Part shown: positions 6,935-15,265 of the stretch, one piece after another | Layout of the letters: each line of letters opens with the position of its first letter | Position numbering within the stretch: position 1 is the stretch's first letter | Virus record (IMG/VR): IMGVR_UViG_3300032070_000004 | Reading direction: 5' to 3' (one strand) | Length of the DNA: 20,000 bases | Origin: an uncultured virus (IMG/VR IMGVR_UViG_3300032070_000004) | Lineage: Duplodnaviria > Heunggongvirae > Uroviricota > Caudoviricetes | Notes under the pieces: generated by a model | What the model was told of the DNA's origin: nothing | The model's database searches: none | What the model saw: only the letters and a program-made list of their open reading frames with translations | Made by a program: the position numbers and the translations under genes

Positions 6935-7663
6935 ATGGAACGACAGTTTACAATCAAGAAGACACCGGAACTAATGGCAAAGCTTGCACCGTTCTGGAAA
7001 GAGGCAGCAGAAGCGGCTGATGCATACCGCATGAAGCTAAGCGATCTCATGCGGCGCGCCAAGCTCCGGTTCCCCAAGATGACTGCTGAGTATCTCTACC
7101 ATAATGTGCGCGCGGTTGATGGAGAAATCCTGTTAGATATGTCGCGTGACGATATTGTGGCAGAATGCTGGGGATTTGGGTATAAACTCGCCTCTATGTT
7201 CTGCAACCGGTGTAAAGGGACGCAATACGCTATCATCGACACCCACATTGACCGGTATCTGAAAGACTGCGGATGTACCGCGAAAACGTACCCAGAGAAA
7301 GAGAAATTCTTCGTAGAAATCGCGCGAACGATGGGTAAAACCCCCGGATCAACTGGATTGGGAAATTTGGGATGCAAACCGGATTGGAAACAGAGAGAAA
7401 AAATGACACTTGATCACGATATTGTCAGATCAGTTATTAAAGTATTCCCAACGATACCCGCAAAGGAATACACGTCCCTTCCCGAGCTGAGCAGGGACAT
7501 AGAAACACTGCGAGAATGCCACGCGTTCTTCCAAAAGATGGCAAATGGAGACCCGAAGCTCGCGGGCGAGGTAGACGAGTTGATACTCGCGTGGCGGCGC
7601 GACTTAAACGCACGGCTCGTCCAAATGATGACAGATCGGGGGCAGAAAAGACTGAATATATAA
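6935..7663 (+). CDS. hypothetical protein
   Basis: 242-aa ORF, GAGGAG SD, CxxC motif. Confidence 0.7.
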   Translation: MERQFTIKKTPELMAKLAPFWKEAAEAADAYRMKLSDLMRRAKLRFPKMTAEYLYHNVRAVDGEILLDMSRDDIVAECWGFGYKLASMFCNRCKGTQYAIIDTHIDRYLKDCGCTAKTYPEKEKFFVEIARTMGKTPGSTGLGNLGCKPDWKQREKMTLDHDIVRSVIKVFPTIPAKEYTSLPELSRDIETLRECHAFFQKMANGDPKLAGEVDELILAWRRDLNARLVQMMTDRGQKRLNI

Positions 7664-7726
7664 ATCGAAATCTATTTAAGGATTCGCGTCCCACAATTAT
7701 ATGCACCGCGTATTGCGGTGTATTGT

Positions 7727-7816
7727 GGTGTGGTACGGTCTGGTATGGTTGGGTGCGGTTAGGTAGGGTGTGGTAAGGTACGGTTTGGTGCGGTATGGTT
7801 GAATTCGGTAAGGTCG
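7727..7816 (+). repeat. GGYNN pentamer tract B
   Basis: 15 in-phase units (7727-7801), then AATTC and 2 more units. Confidence 0.93.
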
Positions 7817-7887
7817 ATCGCGGCATGGGTCAAACCACGCCGCGATCTTTCCCCGGGTAACCCGGGGGTGGACAAAAGTGAAGTTTA

Positions 7888-8163
7888 ATGATCGGTGGAC
7901 GGTTCGAAGAACTCCTCTGCTGGGTCGGATCAGCGACCGGCTTGGGTTCGATGGCGCTGAACGCAGCGCTCTCGGATCTCAAAATGCAGTTCTTCGTGTT
8001 TGTCGTAATGTCGGTATCGTGCGTAGCCACGCTCGGGTGGGCATTCCAAGTGCGGAACAAGGTCGGATCGTCGATCAAGCCGCTCTTTATCGAAGAAACA
8101 ATATACCTTGGAATCGCCTGTATCGGAATGGCAACGCACGCTGGTGCTTTGGGAATGGGATAA
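7888..8163 (+). CDS. small membrane protein
   Basis: 91 aa, about three hydrophobic segments. Confidence 0.6.
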   Translation: MIGGRFEELLCWVGSATGLGSMALNAALSDLKMQFFVFVVMSVSCVATLGWAFQVRNKVGSSIKPLFIEETIYLGIACIGMATHAGALGMG

Positions 8164-8243
8164 GCGTAAATGAACCATAGTCCGATTTATCGGATTATAA
8201 TCCCCTGAACTCCCGTCTACTGGATAGTTTCAACGAGGTAAAA

Positions 8244-8516
8244 ATGTTAGAGAAGTTTCCGTCTTTTAGTGCGATGTCAAATGAGATCCTGTGCGCCGTC
8301 GGTACGTGCATCGGTATGGCAGGAACCATTGGCAATGCCCTGACTACAAACCTCACAATTAAGTTCTGGATATTCACAGTGTGGGCTGTGTCAAGTGTGA
8401 TCCTTATCGGTTGGGCATCGTCAGTGAAGAACCGGTGGTTCCTGATCATGGAAGTCGTGTACCTCGGTCTTGCATTCATAGGTCTCTTCACGCACTCTCC
8501 GTACATGTGGGGGTAA
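8244..8516 (+). CDS. small membrane protein
   Basis: GAGGT SD; 90 aa, about three TM segments. Confidence 0.7.
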   Translation: MLEKFPSFSAMSNEILCAVGTCIGMAGTIGNALTTNLTIKFWIFTVWAVSSVILIGWASSVKNRWFLIMEVVYLGLAFIGLFTHSPYMWG

Positions 8517-8518
8517 CT

Positions 8519-8881
8519 ATGCCACTTCTTATCGAGGGAAAAGAAAACGAAGACGAAGGACTCCCCACCCCTGCCGCACCCGCGGGCAACAAAGATTGGT
8601 TGGACACGGACACCGTGTATTACCACGAGATGTTTCAAGACAAGCTAAAGTGCCCGACGTGTGGATACCCACAATATTGTGGGTGCTGCGATTACTGCCT
8701 CAGTAAGATTCCCCCCGGAATAAAACCATACACTACATATCCAGATGGATACAGTTGCCCACAGTGCGGATTCAAAGGTTCGTGCGACTGGTGGCTGGAC
8801 GAAGGAACACGCCAGCTTGATGAAAGGCTGCAGAGCGTCTACCAAGGGCGAGTCGATCGTCCTCTCGAATATCCCCGCTAG
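8519..8881 (+). CDS. Cys-rich Zn-binding protein
   Basis: CPTCG, CGCCDYC and CPQCG motifs; ATG at 8519. Confidence 0.7.
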   Translation: MPLLIEGKENEDEGLPTPAAPAGNKDWLDTDTVYYHEMFQDKLKCPTCGYPQYCGCCDYCLSKIPPGIKPYTTYPDGYSCPQCGFKGSCDWWLDEGTRQLDERLQSVYQGRVDRPLEYPR

Positions 8882-9101
8882 TAACATCTGTCTCGCGGCG
8901 CGACCCCAGTAGAGACTACGCGAGGCGGGGTGATTTACGTCGGAGGATTGAGATCGCCCTCGCGCGCCTGTTTTTTCACCGTATAGTACGATACCAAACC
9001 AAGCCCCTTACTCGCCCCGTATCGCGAGTCTCCGCACGATCACGGGATGGGTATCGTTATGTTTATACGGAGGAAAACCCAACGTGAGTTGGTGATTCCC
9101 A

Positions 9102-9317
9102 TTGGTAGTATTTTGGAACATTGTCCGAGTCAATGATGGCGCTCCTTCGCGAGTGTTGGAGCATGGTATCGAGGATCTTGAACACGCGTCCCGGCGGAGA
9201 CGGGAACTATGTAGAATGTATGGTTTAGACACCACCGAGATAAGGCTGGACAAAGTATTTCACGATGATTCTGTTCTCATGGATGTTCGTGCGAGAGCAC
9301 TTGACTTCCCACGGTAA
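9102..9317 (+). CDS. hypothetical protein
   Basis: 71-aa ORF with GGTGA SD and TTG start. Confidence 0.45.
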   Translation: MVVFWNIVRVNDGAPSRVLEHGIEDLEHASRRRRELCRMYGLDTTEIRLDKVFHDDSVLMDVRARALDFPR

Positions 9318-9383
9318 AGGAAAAAATACCTTTATCTACTTTTACAACCCACGCATAATTACCCCACATGGGGTTGCGGTTCT

Positions 9384-9443
9384 GGTAAGGTTTGGCAAGG
9401 TGTGGTGAGGTAAGGTGGGGCATGGTTTGGCAATGCGAGGTGA
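9384..9443 (+). repeat. GGYNN pentamer tract C
   Basis: 10 in-phase units (9384-9433) plus TGCGA GGTGA. Confidence 0.9.
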
Positions 9444-9494
9444 ATTCGGAACCGGAAACCCCCATTCCGAATTATGATATTCAAAGGAGGTAAA

Positions 9495-9887
9495 ATGTCA
9501 GAAACAGATGGTCGAAACACAGACGTTACTATTGATGGACTTCTCAGACAATTTGGGCTGGTGCCCAACCAACCCGCAAAGGAGCCCGAGAAGCCGAACC
9601 GACTCATGTTCGGAGCTTCAATCGTCGCAGAGTTTGTCGCGTGGGTCTTACTCTTCGTGGGTATGATCTCCCTCGGTGTTGCAGTAGTCGGGATCGTCAG
9701 CATGGCGTCCCTCGGATCGTTCCTGAACCTCGGAGTGCTGAACGCAGCAGCTCTTGCAATCGGTGGGAGTATCGCTGCAAGCACTCTCACCAGTACGGCA
9801 ACGTCAGTGAGAAAGCTCGCACAGAATACACGGTTCCCGATGGGTTTGAAACGGTATCTATCCGCGGCTGGTATCCCCGGGTTATGA
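9495..9887 (+). CDS. membrane protein
   Basis: GGAGGT SD; two long hydrophobic stretches. Confidence 0.7.
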   Translation: MSETDGRNTDVTIDGLLRQFGLVPNQPAKEPEKPNRLMFGASIVAEFVAWVLLFVGMISLGVAVVGIVSMASLGSFLNLGVLNAAALAIGGSIAASTLTSTATSVRKLAQNTRFPMGLKRYLSAAGIPGL

Positions 9888-10498
9888 AGTTCACACCAAC
9901 CCAATTGAGCAACATCAGCAGATGCGCTGCGTTCGCATCTCTTGCTCATAAGGGACAGACGCGGTACATGAACCGCAATGGTGACAACCCCGGGCGCATT
10001 CCATACATTGTCCACCCCGCGCGCGTTGCCACGCTCGTTGCCTACTACGGAGGAAGCCACCTCGCGGTGATGGCATCGTGGCTCCATGACGTGCTGGAAG
10101 ATTGCCCGGAATTCAGAGGGAGTGTATTCAGATCATTCGTGGACTCACTCAAACTGCCCGGTAAGGAACCTCGAATACTCATAGTGTACGTAGGTGCGCT
10201 GACCAAAGATGACAGCATTAAAAACCGCATGGAGCGACTCAACGAACAATTAGATGCCGTAGAGGATCTCAACGAAACCGTTCTCATCAAGATATGCGAC
10301 CGGATTGACAACCTTACGATTACAGAGTACGAGAATAACCAGAAGCGAATCGAGGGAATGAGTGGAGAGGAGTTCGTAAAGATGTACCTCAAAGAATCTG
10401 CGCATCTCCTCGAAAGGCTTAAGTCGAGTGCGATCGAACTTGGATACAAGGACGCGTGGAAAGTCCTCAAGGAGATCATTGATGGGTGGGGCAAATGA
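9884..10498 (+). CDS. HD-domain hydrolase, SpoT/Mesh1-like
   Basis: AHKGQTR, PYIVHP, WLHDVLED, LTKD, IKICDRIDNL; ATGA overlap with upstream gene. Confidence 0.88.
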   Translation: MKFTPTQLSNISRCAAFASLAHKGQTRYMNRNGDNPGRIPYIVHPARVATLVAYYGGSHLAVMASWLHDVLEDCPEFRGSVFRSFVDSLKLPGKEPRILIVYVGALTKDDSIKNRMERLNEQLDAVEDLNETVLIKICDRIDNLTITEYENNQKRIEGMSGEEFVKMYLKESAHLLERLKSSAIELGYKDAWKVLKEIIDGWGK

Positions 10499-10704
10499 GC
10501 TTGTGGCAATGCAAGATTATATCTCGTAGATTCGGTCGCATTACAGAGAGAACTGAGATCATCGACAGCAACGAGCTTCTGACTCCATATGTACAGGGAG
10601 ATATACCGAACCCGGGCGACGAAGTAGTGATCGTTATCCAACACAAGATACCCCAGCCCCGCAGTAGCGAGTCTCCAAAGAAACCATGGTGGAAGTTCTG
10701 GTAG
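10495..10704 (+). CDS. small protein with KKPWWKFW C-terminal motif
   Basis: ATGA overlap; amphipathic membrane-targeting-type tail. Confidence 0.6.
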   Translation: MSLWQCKIISRRFGRITERTEIIDSNELLTPYVQGDIPNPGDEVVIVIQHKIPQPRSSESPKKPWWKFW

Positions 10705-10710
10705 GTAACT

Positions 10711-10896
10711 ATGAACGGATTTATCCTCATCAACAGAGAAGACCTTGCCGAAGTACTCAAGCAAGTAAATGGCAGCGAAACAACCGACGATCAAATCAAC
10801 GAATTCGTTGTAGTGTTCAGTAATCGCATCGATGCAATCATTGAAGAAGAAGCACGAAAGTTTACGGGTGCCGAACCCCCGTTGGGATTTGCATGA
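10711..10896 (+). CDS. hypothetical protein
   Basis: 61 aa; stop overlaps the next start. Confidence 0.6.
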   Translation: MNGFILINREDLAEVLKQVNGSETTDDQINEFVVVFSNRIDAIIEEEARKFTGAEPPLGFA

Positions 10897-12047
10897 AAAG
10901 AAGCATATTCATAGGTGATTCGTTTCCAGTCCCAGAAGGGCACGGTGGTGGTGTTGTGTCGTATCATGAGATAAAATCACTTGCCACTGTTTTCCCCTCT
11001 CCGGAGGTCTATACGCGACCAAAGGAAACACCACTTCTCGTAGATGTGACATACCCCGGGAACCCGTACATGTTTGATTACTGCATTGCAGCAGCGATCA
11101 AGAATCCCGAAACAGTGACGCTCGCGAAGATTTACGGTGCTGGGCTTCCCCTTACCATGAAATCCCTCCACGGTGCGAAGGTTATCCCCACGGTTCCCGT
11201 TCACAACCTGAAAATCAGTGTCGAGGAGTGGTGGAACCTGCATAACGACGCCTCGTGCTACGGGGCGGGTATCCGTTTCAAGGAGCCAGAACCCCATGTC
11301 ACGAACGAACAGTTGTTTCGGCTCATCATGCTTGGCATCCGCAAGTATGCGACCACTATTGTCTGCCCGGGAACTAACAGCGTTAACTTTCTGAAAGATT
11401 ACTTCAAGGATGCCCCACCTAAAGGAGAGATAGTCATCATCCCCCATGGAACTGACATCCCAGAAAAGGTTGCAACCAAGGAGACCCGCGGGGACATCTT
11501 CACGGTACTCCATGTCGGATCGGTAGGAAGTGACAAGGGCGATCGATATCTTCAACACGCATGGGCATCTGCATTTCCCCACCTGAAGAATGCACGCCTC
11601 GTGTTCATGGGAAACAACGCGAGCTGGTTTGGCATCGGGTTTAAATCGTCCGGATTAGGAGACTTCGGATCTCTAAATGTGAGCTGCCTGAGCGGACCCG
11701 CAGCCAATGCTGCAGCTAAGGAGAATGCGTACTTCGGGGCATCTGTGTATGTGCAGTCTTCCGTGACCGAGGGGTGGGGAATTCCAGTTGGGGAAGCCAT
11801 GGCTCATGGGATTCCTGCAATTGTAACTGACCGTACCGGTGCAGTTGACATGATAACAGATGGGTCCGACGGATTCATCGTACCAATACGTGATCCTGCG
11901 GCAATTGCCGAGAAGATCCGGTACTTCTATGACAATCCCATCGAAGTAATTCGCATGGGTGCAAATGCTCGGCACAAAGCATGGGCATATAGCTGGGAGA
12001 GGGTCGAAAAGATGTATGCTGACCTTATCCGCCGGGAATCAGAGTAA
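10893..12047 (+). CDS. GT-B fold glycosyltransferase (GT4 family)
   Basis: VG.V...KG and S.TEGWGIPVGEAMAHGIPAI (EX7E) motifs. Confidence 0.92.
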   Translation: MKRSIFIGDSFPVPEGHGGGVVSYHEIKSLATVFPSPEVYTRPKETPLLVDVTYPGNPYMFDYCIAAAIKNPETVTLAKIYGAGLPLTMKSLHGAKVIPTVPVHNLKISVEEWWNLHNDASCYGAGIRFKEPEPHVTNEQLFRLIMLGIRKYATTIVCPGTNSVNFLKDYFKDAPPKGEIVIIPHGTDIPEKVATKETRGDIFTVLHVGSVGSDKGDRYLQHAWASAFPHLKNARLVFMGNNASWFGIGFKSSGLGDFGSLNVSCLSGPAANAAAKENAYFGASVYVQSSVTEGWGIPVGEAMAHGIPAIVTDRTGAVDMITDGSDGFIVPIRDPAAIAEKIRYFYDNPIEVIRMGANARHKAWAYSWERVEKMYADLIRRESE

Positions 12048-12093
12048 GGTTTTTATATGATAAGATATAAACATAAGCTCTATATTAGGAGAA

Positions 12094-12318
12094 GTGGTTG
12101 ATTTGGATAGAGGAGAGAACGAAGCTCGATCTGCCTGTGTTGTTGCAGGTCGCACTCTCTCCGCCGTCGAAGACCAACTGAAGATTGCTGAGAGGTATCT
12201 CAATGAACTTCAGAAAATCATAATAGATAATTGCGGGGATATACCCTGCATCGAAGAAAACGGGAGAAATAGAAATGGTGAAAATCATAAATCTGGCAGC
12301 TCACCCCATTCGGGTTGA
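12094..12318 (+). CDS. hypothetical protein
   Basis: GTG start after AGGAG, TTTTTATAT box at ~12049; overlaps the next ORF by 44 nt. Confidence 0.4.
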   Translation: MVDLDRGENEARSACVVAGRTLSAVEDQLKIAERYLNELQKIIIDNCGDIPCIEENGRNRNGENHKSGSSPHSG

Positions 12319-12646
12319 GACTTCGCAAGGCGTCCACGAGTACCCATCGTCGGGTAGAGTATTAAAGCTCGACACGCTTGATGAAACAGTTGACCTTATC
12401 GGCGATGAGATTCCGATTATCCGGAAAGTCTTCTTTGAACCCGTGGCAAGTGAAATGCCTCCGATTGTTGAAGGTGTGTATTACATTGTTCCCAATCAGG
12501 TGATGTCTGTCATCCGAAGACCAGACTTCATTTCCCCGGATACAAAGATTTCCCACGGAGCGAAGCGTATGGATAATGGGATGGTGTCATCTGTTAGGCG
12601 GTTCCGCGTCTTCGATGATCTCCGTCGAGAGGTAGAATTTGGATAA
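12275..12646 (+). CDS. viral-type hypothetical protein
   Basis: IINL..HPI, PSSG.V, PP..EGVYYIV, RPDF..PD pattern, recalled from small viral proteins (not searched). Confidence 0.7.
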   Translation: MVKIINLAAHPIRVETSQGVHEYPSSGRVLKLDTLDETVDLIGDEIPIIRKVFFEPVASEMPPIVEGVYYIVPNQVMSVIRRPDFISPDTKISHGAKRMDNGMVSSVRRFRVFDDLRREVEFG

Positions 12647-12655
12647 GACGATCCC

Positions 12656-12844
12656 TCCTATCCTTACGTAATCTATCCTAATCATATTGGCATATGTGGG
12701 CACATACCAAAATGGGGAGAATGAAAACGGATGAATTAAAATCAGTTTCGTGCCTTTCTGACAATTTAAACGACGCGCAGTACTCGCCCCATTTATGTGC
12801 CCACATATGCCAATATGATTAGGATAGATTACGTAAGGATAGGA
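12656..12844. repeat. 51-bp perfect inverted repeat with 87-bp spacer
   Basis: 12656-12706 is the reverse complement of 12794-12844. Confidence 0.95.
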
Positions 12845-12866
12845 CGAATCTACGTCGAGAGGAAAT

Positions 12867-13112
12867 ATGGAAGAAAACGTGTTAAAGAATGACGACCGGG
12901 AGATAAAGTTCTCCGAGTGGTTTGATCCCAAGAACGTCGATCATATCCGCATATACAATAACTACCTGAATAGTCTCCCTAGCTCTGCGCGTTGCATTGA
13001 AATGATCCATAAATTACCGCGCGGGATCTTTTTTGACGTTGAATGGCAATCCAAGGTTGAGAAGAAGATGATACAAGAATATATCAGGATAATGATAAAT
13101 AAAGAAGATTAA
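12867..13112 (+). CDS. hypothetical protein
   Basis: 81 aa, GAGG SD; last gene before the strand switch. Confidence 0.6.
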   Translation: MEENVLKNDDREIKFSEWFDPKNVDHIRIYNNYLNSLPSSARCIEMIHKLPRGIFFDVEWQSKVEKKMIQEYIRIMINKED

Positions 13113-13124
13113 AGAGAAGGTAGC

Positions 13125-13493
13125 TTATCGCCGTTTCCTTCCCCTTCCCATCGTGGAGAACATTCCAAACTCACCCGGTTGGATACCACCAAATGCCTTC
13201 CGTGTCCACGGTGGGAGCCTGTATCCGCGGCGGCTTGCCCATCTTCGACGGCTTGCCTTGCGTTTGCGTCTGCGGCTCGCCTTTCGGCGCGGCTTGCAGA
13301 CCATTCTGCATCGGCGGCTTGCCCGTCTTCGGGTTGCACCCTTGAGGAACTTCTTCCAGCACCGCTTTGCCGCACGAGAGAATGCCTTCCGTGCTGCTTT
13401 TGGCGTGTGGAACTTAGTTCCTTTCAGAGCAGAGATGAGACATTTCTTGTATCCCCGCTTGCCCCTTGCAGCCCGATGTCGTCTGCGTACCAT
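13125..13493 (-). CDS. Arg/Lys-rich protamine-like protein 2
   Basis: MVRRR...GKRGYKKC...KFHTPKAARKAF; GGGGTG SD. Confidence 0.8.
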   Translation of the reverse strand: MVRRRHRAARGKRGYKKCLISALKGTKFHTPKAARKAFSRAAKRCWKKFLKGATRRRASRRCRMVCKPRRKASRRRKRKASRRRWASRRGYRLPPWTRKAFGGIQPGEFGMFSTMGRGRKRR

Positions 13494-13527
13494 ATCCGTT
13501 CACCCCGGCTACCTCAACGCAATTGCG

Positions 13528-13791
13528 TTAGTAGCGTCGGCGTCGGCGGCTTCCGCGTCGTCTGCGTCTGCGGCTCGCCTTTCGGCGTCGTCGTCTGTGT
13601 GCCTTGCGTCTGCGTGGCATCTTCGAGAGCTTCTTACGGCAATTCTTTGCCGCGCGCCCGAATGCCTTGCGTGCTGCCTTTGGCGTGTGGAACTTGATGC
13701 GCTTCATCATTCCGACGATACATTTCTTGTATCCCCGCTTTCCACCAACGCGCTTGTGGGCACGCTTGTGTGCTCGTCTGCGTCTAACCAT
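13528..13791 (-). CDS. Arg/Lys-rich protamine-like protein 1
   Basis: Paralog of the adjacent gene; GGTGA SD; GAAACAGGTATATATA promoter-like site at ~13843-13858. Confidence 0.8.
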   Translation of the reverse strand: MVRRRRAHKRAHKRVGGKRGYKKCIVGMMKRIKFHTPKAARKAFGRAAKNCRKKLSKMPRRRKAHRRRRRKASRRRRRRGSRRRRRY

Positions 13792-13886
13792 TGTCTTTTC
13801 ACCGGGTGATACTTCACCCGAGATGTGTATTGAACCCTAAGCTATATATACCTGTTTCAAAAAAATTTTTTAGGAATTTCACAAAT

Positions 13887-13902
13887 CGAAAGTTTTAATA
13901 TA
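13887..13902 (+). promoter_or_regulatory. archaeal BRE-TATA promoter
   Basis: CGAAAG TTTTAATATA, like CGAAAGGTTTAAAT at 18387 and other promoter-like sites in the window; no ORF follows. Confidence 0.65.
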
Positions 13903-13921
13903 TCACAAGTCTAAACGCATA

Positions 13922-14306
13922 TTGCCTCTGAGGGCGAGTGAGTTCCGAGAACTTGTCCATGGCGTAACCGCTCTGCGACCTATGAAGGGGTGCTGGACGT
14001 GGGTGCAAAGCGCCCCGGTAAAGGTGCCGACGGGTACGCCAGCAAAAAGCCCCACGCGTGGCTTTATGACCACCTGCGTTGAGATTAGGCAGCAGTAAGC
14101 GCGCGGTCCGAGAGACCCCCACCCGTAAAAGTCGGCTGTAAGACTGCCACTCGACGCAGCACCTCAATTCGAGAGTGCGGAGAGATTTGACCCGCCCCGT
14201 AAAGTCTCCGGGGCACGCCCGACGTTAACTCAACTTCGTCAGGGCAAACATAATAGAGACGGGCTGACCGGTAATGCCTATGACCTCCGCACTCAACCCG
14301 GGTTTT
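13922..14306 (+). ncRNA. ~380-nt highly structured ncRNA candidate
   Basis: Multiple long-range helices with G-U pairs on the + strand, an upstream promoter and no convincing ORF. Confidence 0.65.
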
Positions 14307-14313
14307 CAAGTGT

Positions 14314-14733
14314 TTACGGGAAGATGATTTTTATGATCCATGGAGTTGCCAGAGATACTACGAATGCGACTCCCGCTGCAAATCCAATGATCTTCCAAGT
14401 AATCTGGCTGATTGAAGACACCTGTGTGACAAGACCATCGCATGTGGTCTTAGCGTAATCCGCCTTGGTTTCGAGAATAGCAACCTGCCGTTGCAGGTAC
14501 ACAATCCGGTCACTATTATCCTTTCGGATGATAGATGCAGCCCCCGACTCAGTTTTGAGGGATGCGAGTTTTTCTTTGATTTCTGCAATCTCACCTTCTA
14601 TGTGTTTTCTATCTTCACACAAGGAAGTAATGTCACGCGTTACGAACTCGGATTTTGAAATGAGCGTCGCTAGCTGGGTAGTGAGTGTCTGAATCTGACC
14701 AAGCAGGTCTCCAAATTCATCTCCCGGTGCCAT
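14314..14733 (-). CDS. coiled-coil protein with C-terminal TM helix (XhlA/lysis-accessory-like architecture)
   Basis: Heptad-rich body; hydrophobic tail IIGFAAGVAFVVSLATPWII. Confidence 0.7.
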   Translation of the reverse strand: MAPGDEFGDLLGQIQTLTTQLATLISKSEFVTRDITSLCEDRKHIEGEIAEIKEKLASLKTESGAASIIRKDNSDRIVYLQRQVAILETKADYAKTTCDGLVTQVSSISQITWKIIGFAAGVAFVVSLATPWIIKIIFP

Positions 14734-14900
14734 GTAACTCTGCCTTGCAGTTATAGAGTCGAAGTAGTTAAAATAAGTTTCCCCGATGAAAGGTCATCGG
14801 GGCGGTTAGTCCATCAGCGGGAAAACTACAACAGGCGAATCTCGCTTGATATCAAGCGGAGTTCGCCATTCTTCCCGAGTTCAACATACATACGCGCGTC

Positions 14901-15203
14901 TTAGGCTGATGGTGCAGGAGGATTGATCTTGCGCCAGATTGCCTTTATGACGTTCTCGACGATAGCGGTAGCACCAGCGTAGATTACGAGATCGCTCTCG
15001 ATTCCACCTTGCGTGGGGAGAATTCCTCCGAACACGAAGTTGGCAAACCCAATGGCACCACCTACGACCAGCGTGCCAAAGAACTTACCCCAATCGAAAT
15101 CCTGTGGGTCGGTTGAGTTGTTCTTCGCATAGAACACGACAGCGTAGATAGCAGCACCGATGACCGCTACGAAGATTTGTGAAATGATTGTGGCATCTAC
15201 CAT
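14901..15203 (-). CDS. holin-like membrane protein
   Basis: ~100 aa, about 3 TM segments, FDWGKF..T and ENVIKAIWRK; GAGGT SD. Confidence 0.65.
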   Translation of the reverse strand: MVDATIISQIFVAVIGAAIYAVVFYAKNNSTDPQDFDWGKFFGTLVVGGAIGFANFVFGGILPTQGGIESDLVIYAGATAIVENVIKAIWRKINPPAPSA

Positions 15204-15265
15204 AGGATACCTCACGAACTATTGACACTGATACAATAAAAAGGTTTCGTGTCTCCGGGTCTAAT

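Noticed and set aside
13922..14306. RNase P, SRP RNA or group I intron
   Set aside because: No GAGGAAAGUC/P4 pair, no SRP helix-8 motif, no P7 pair or interrupted gene; only weak local resemblance.
14770..14830. Hammerhead ribozyme on the - strand (CTGATGG...GAAAC)
   Set aside because: Core is not CUGANGA and stem II does not follow directly.
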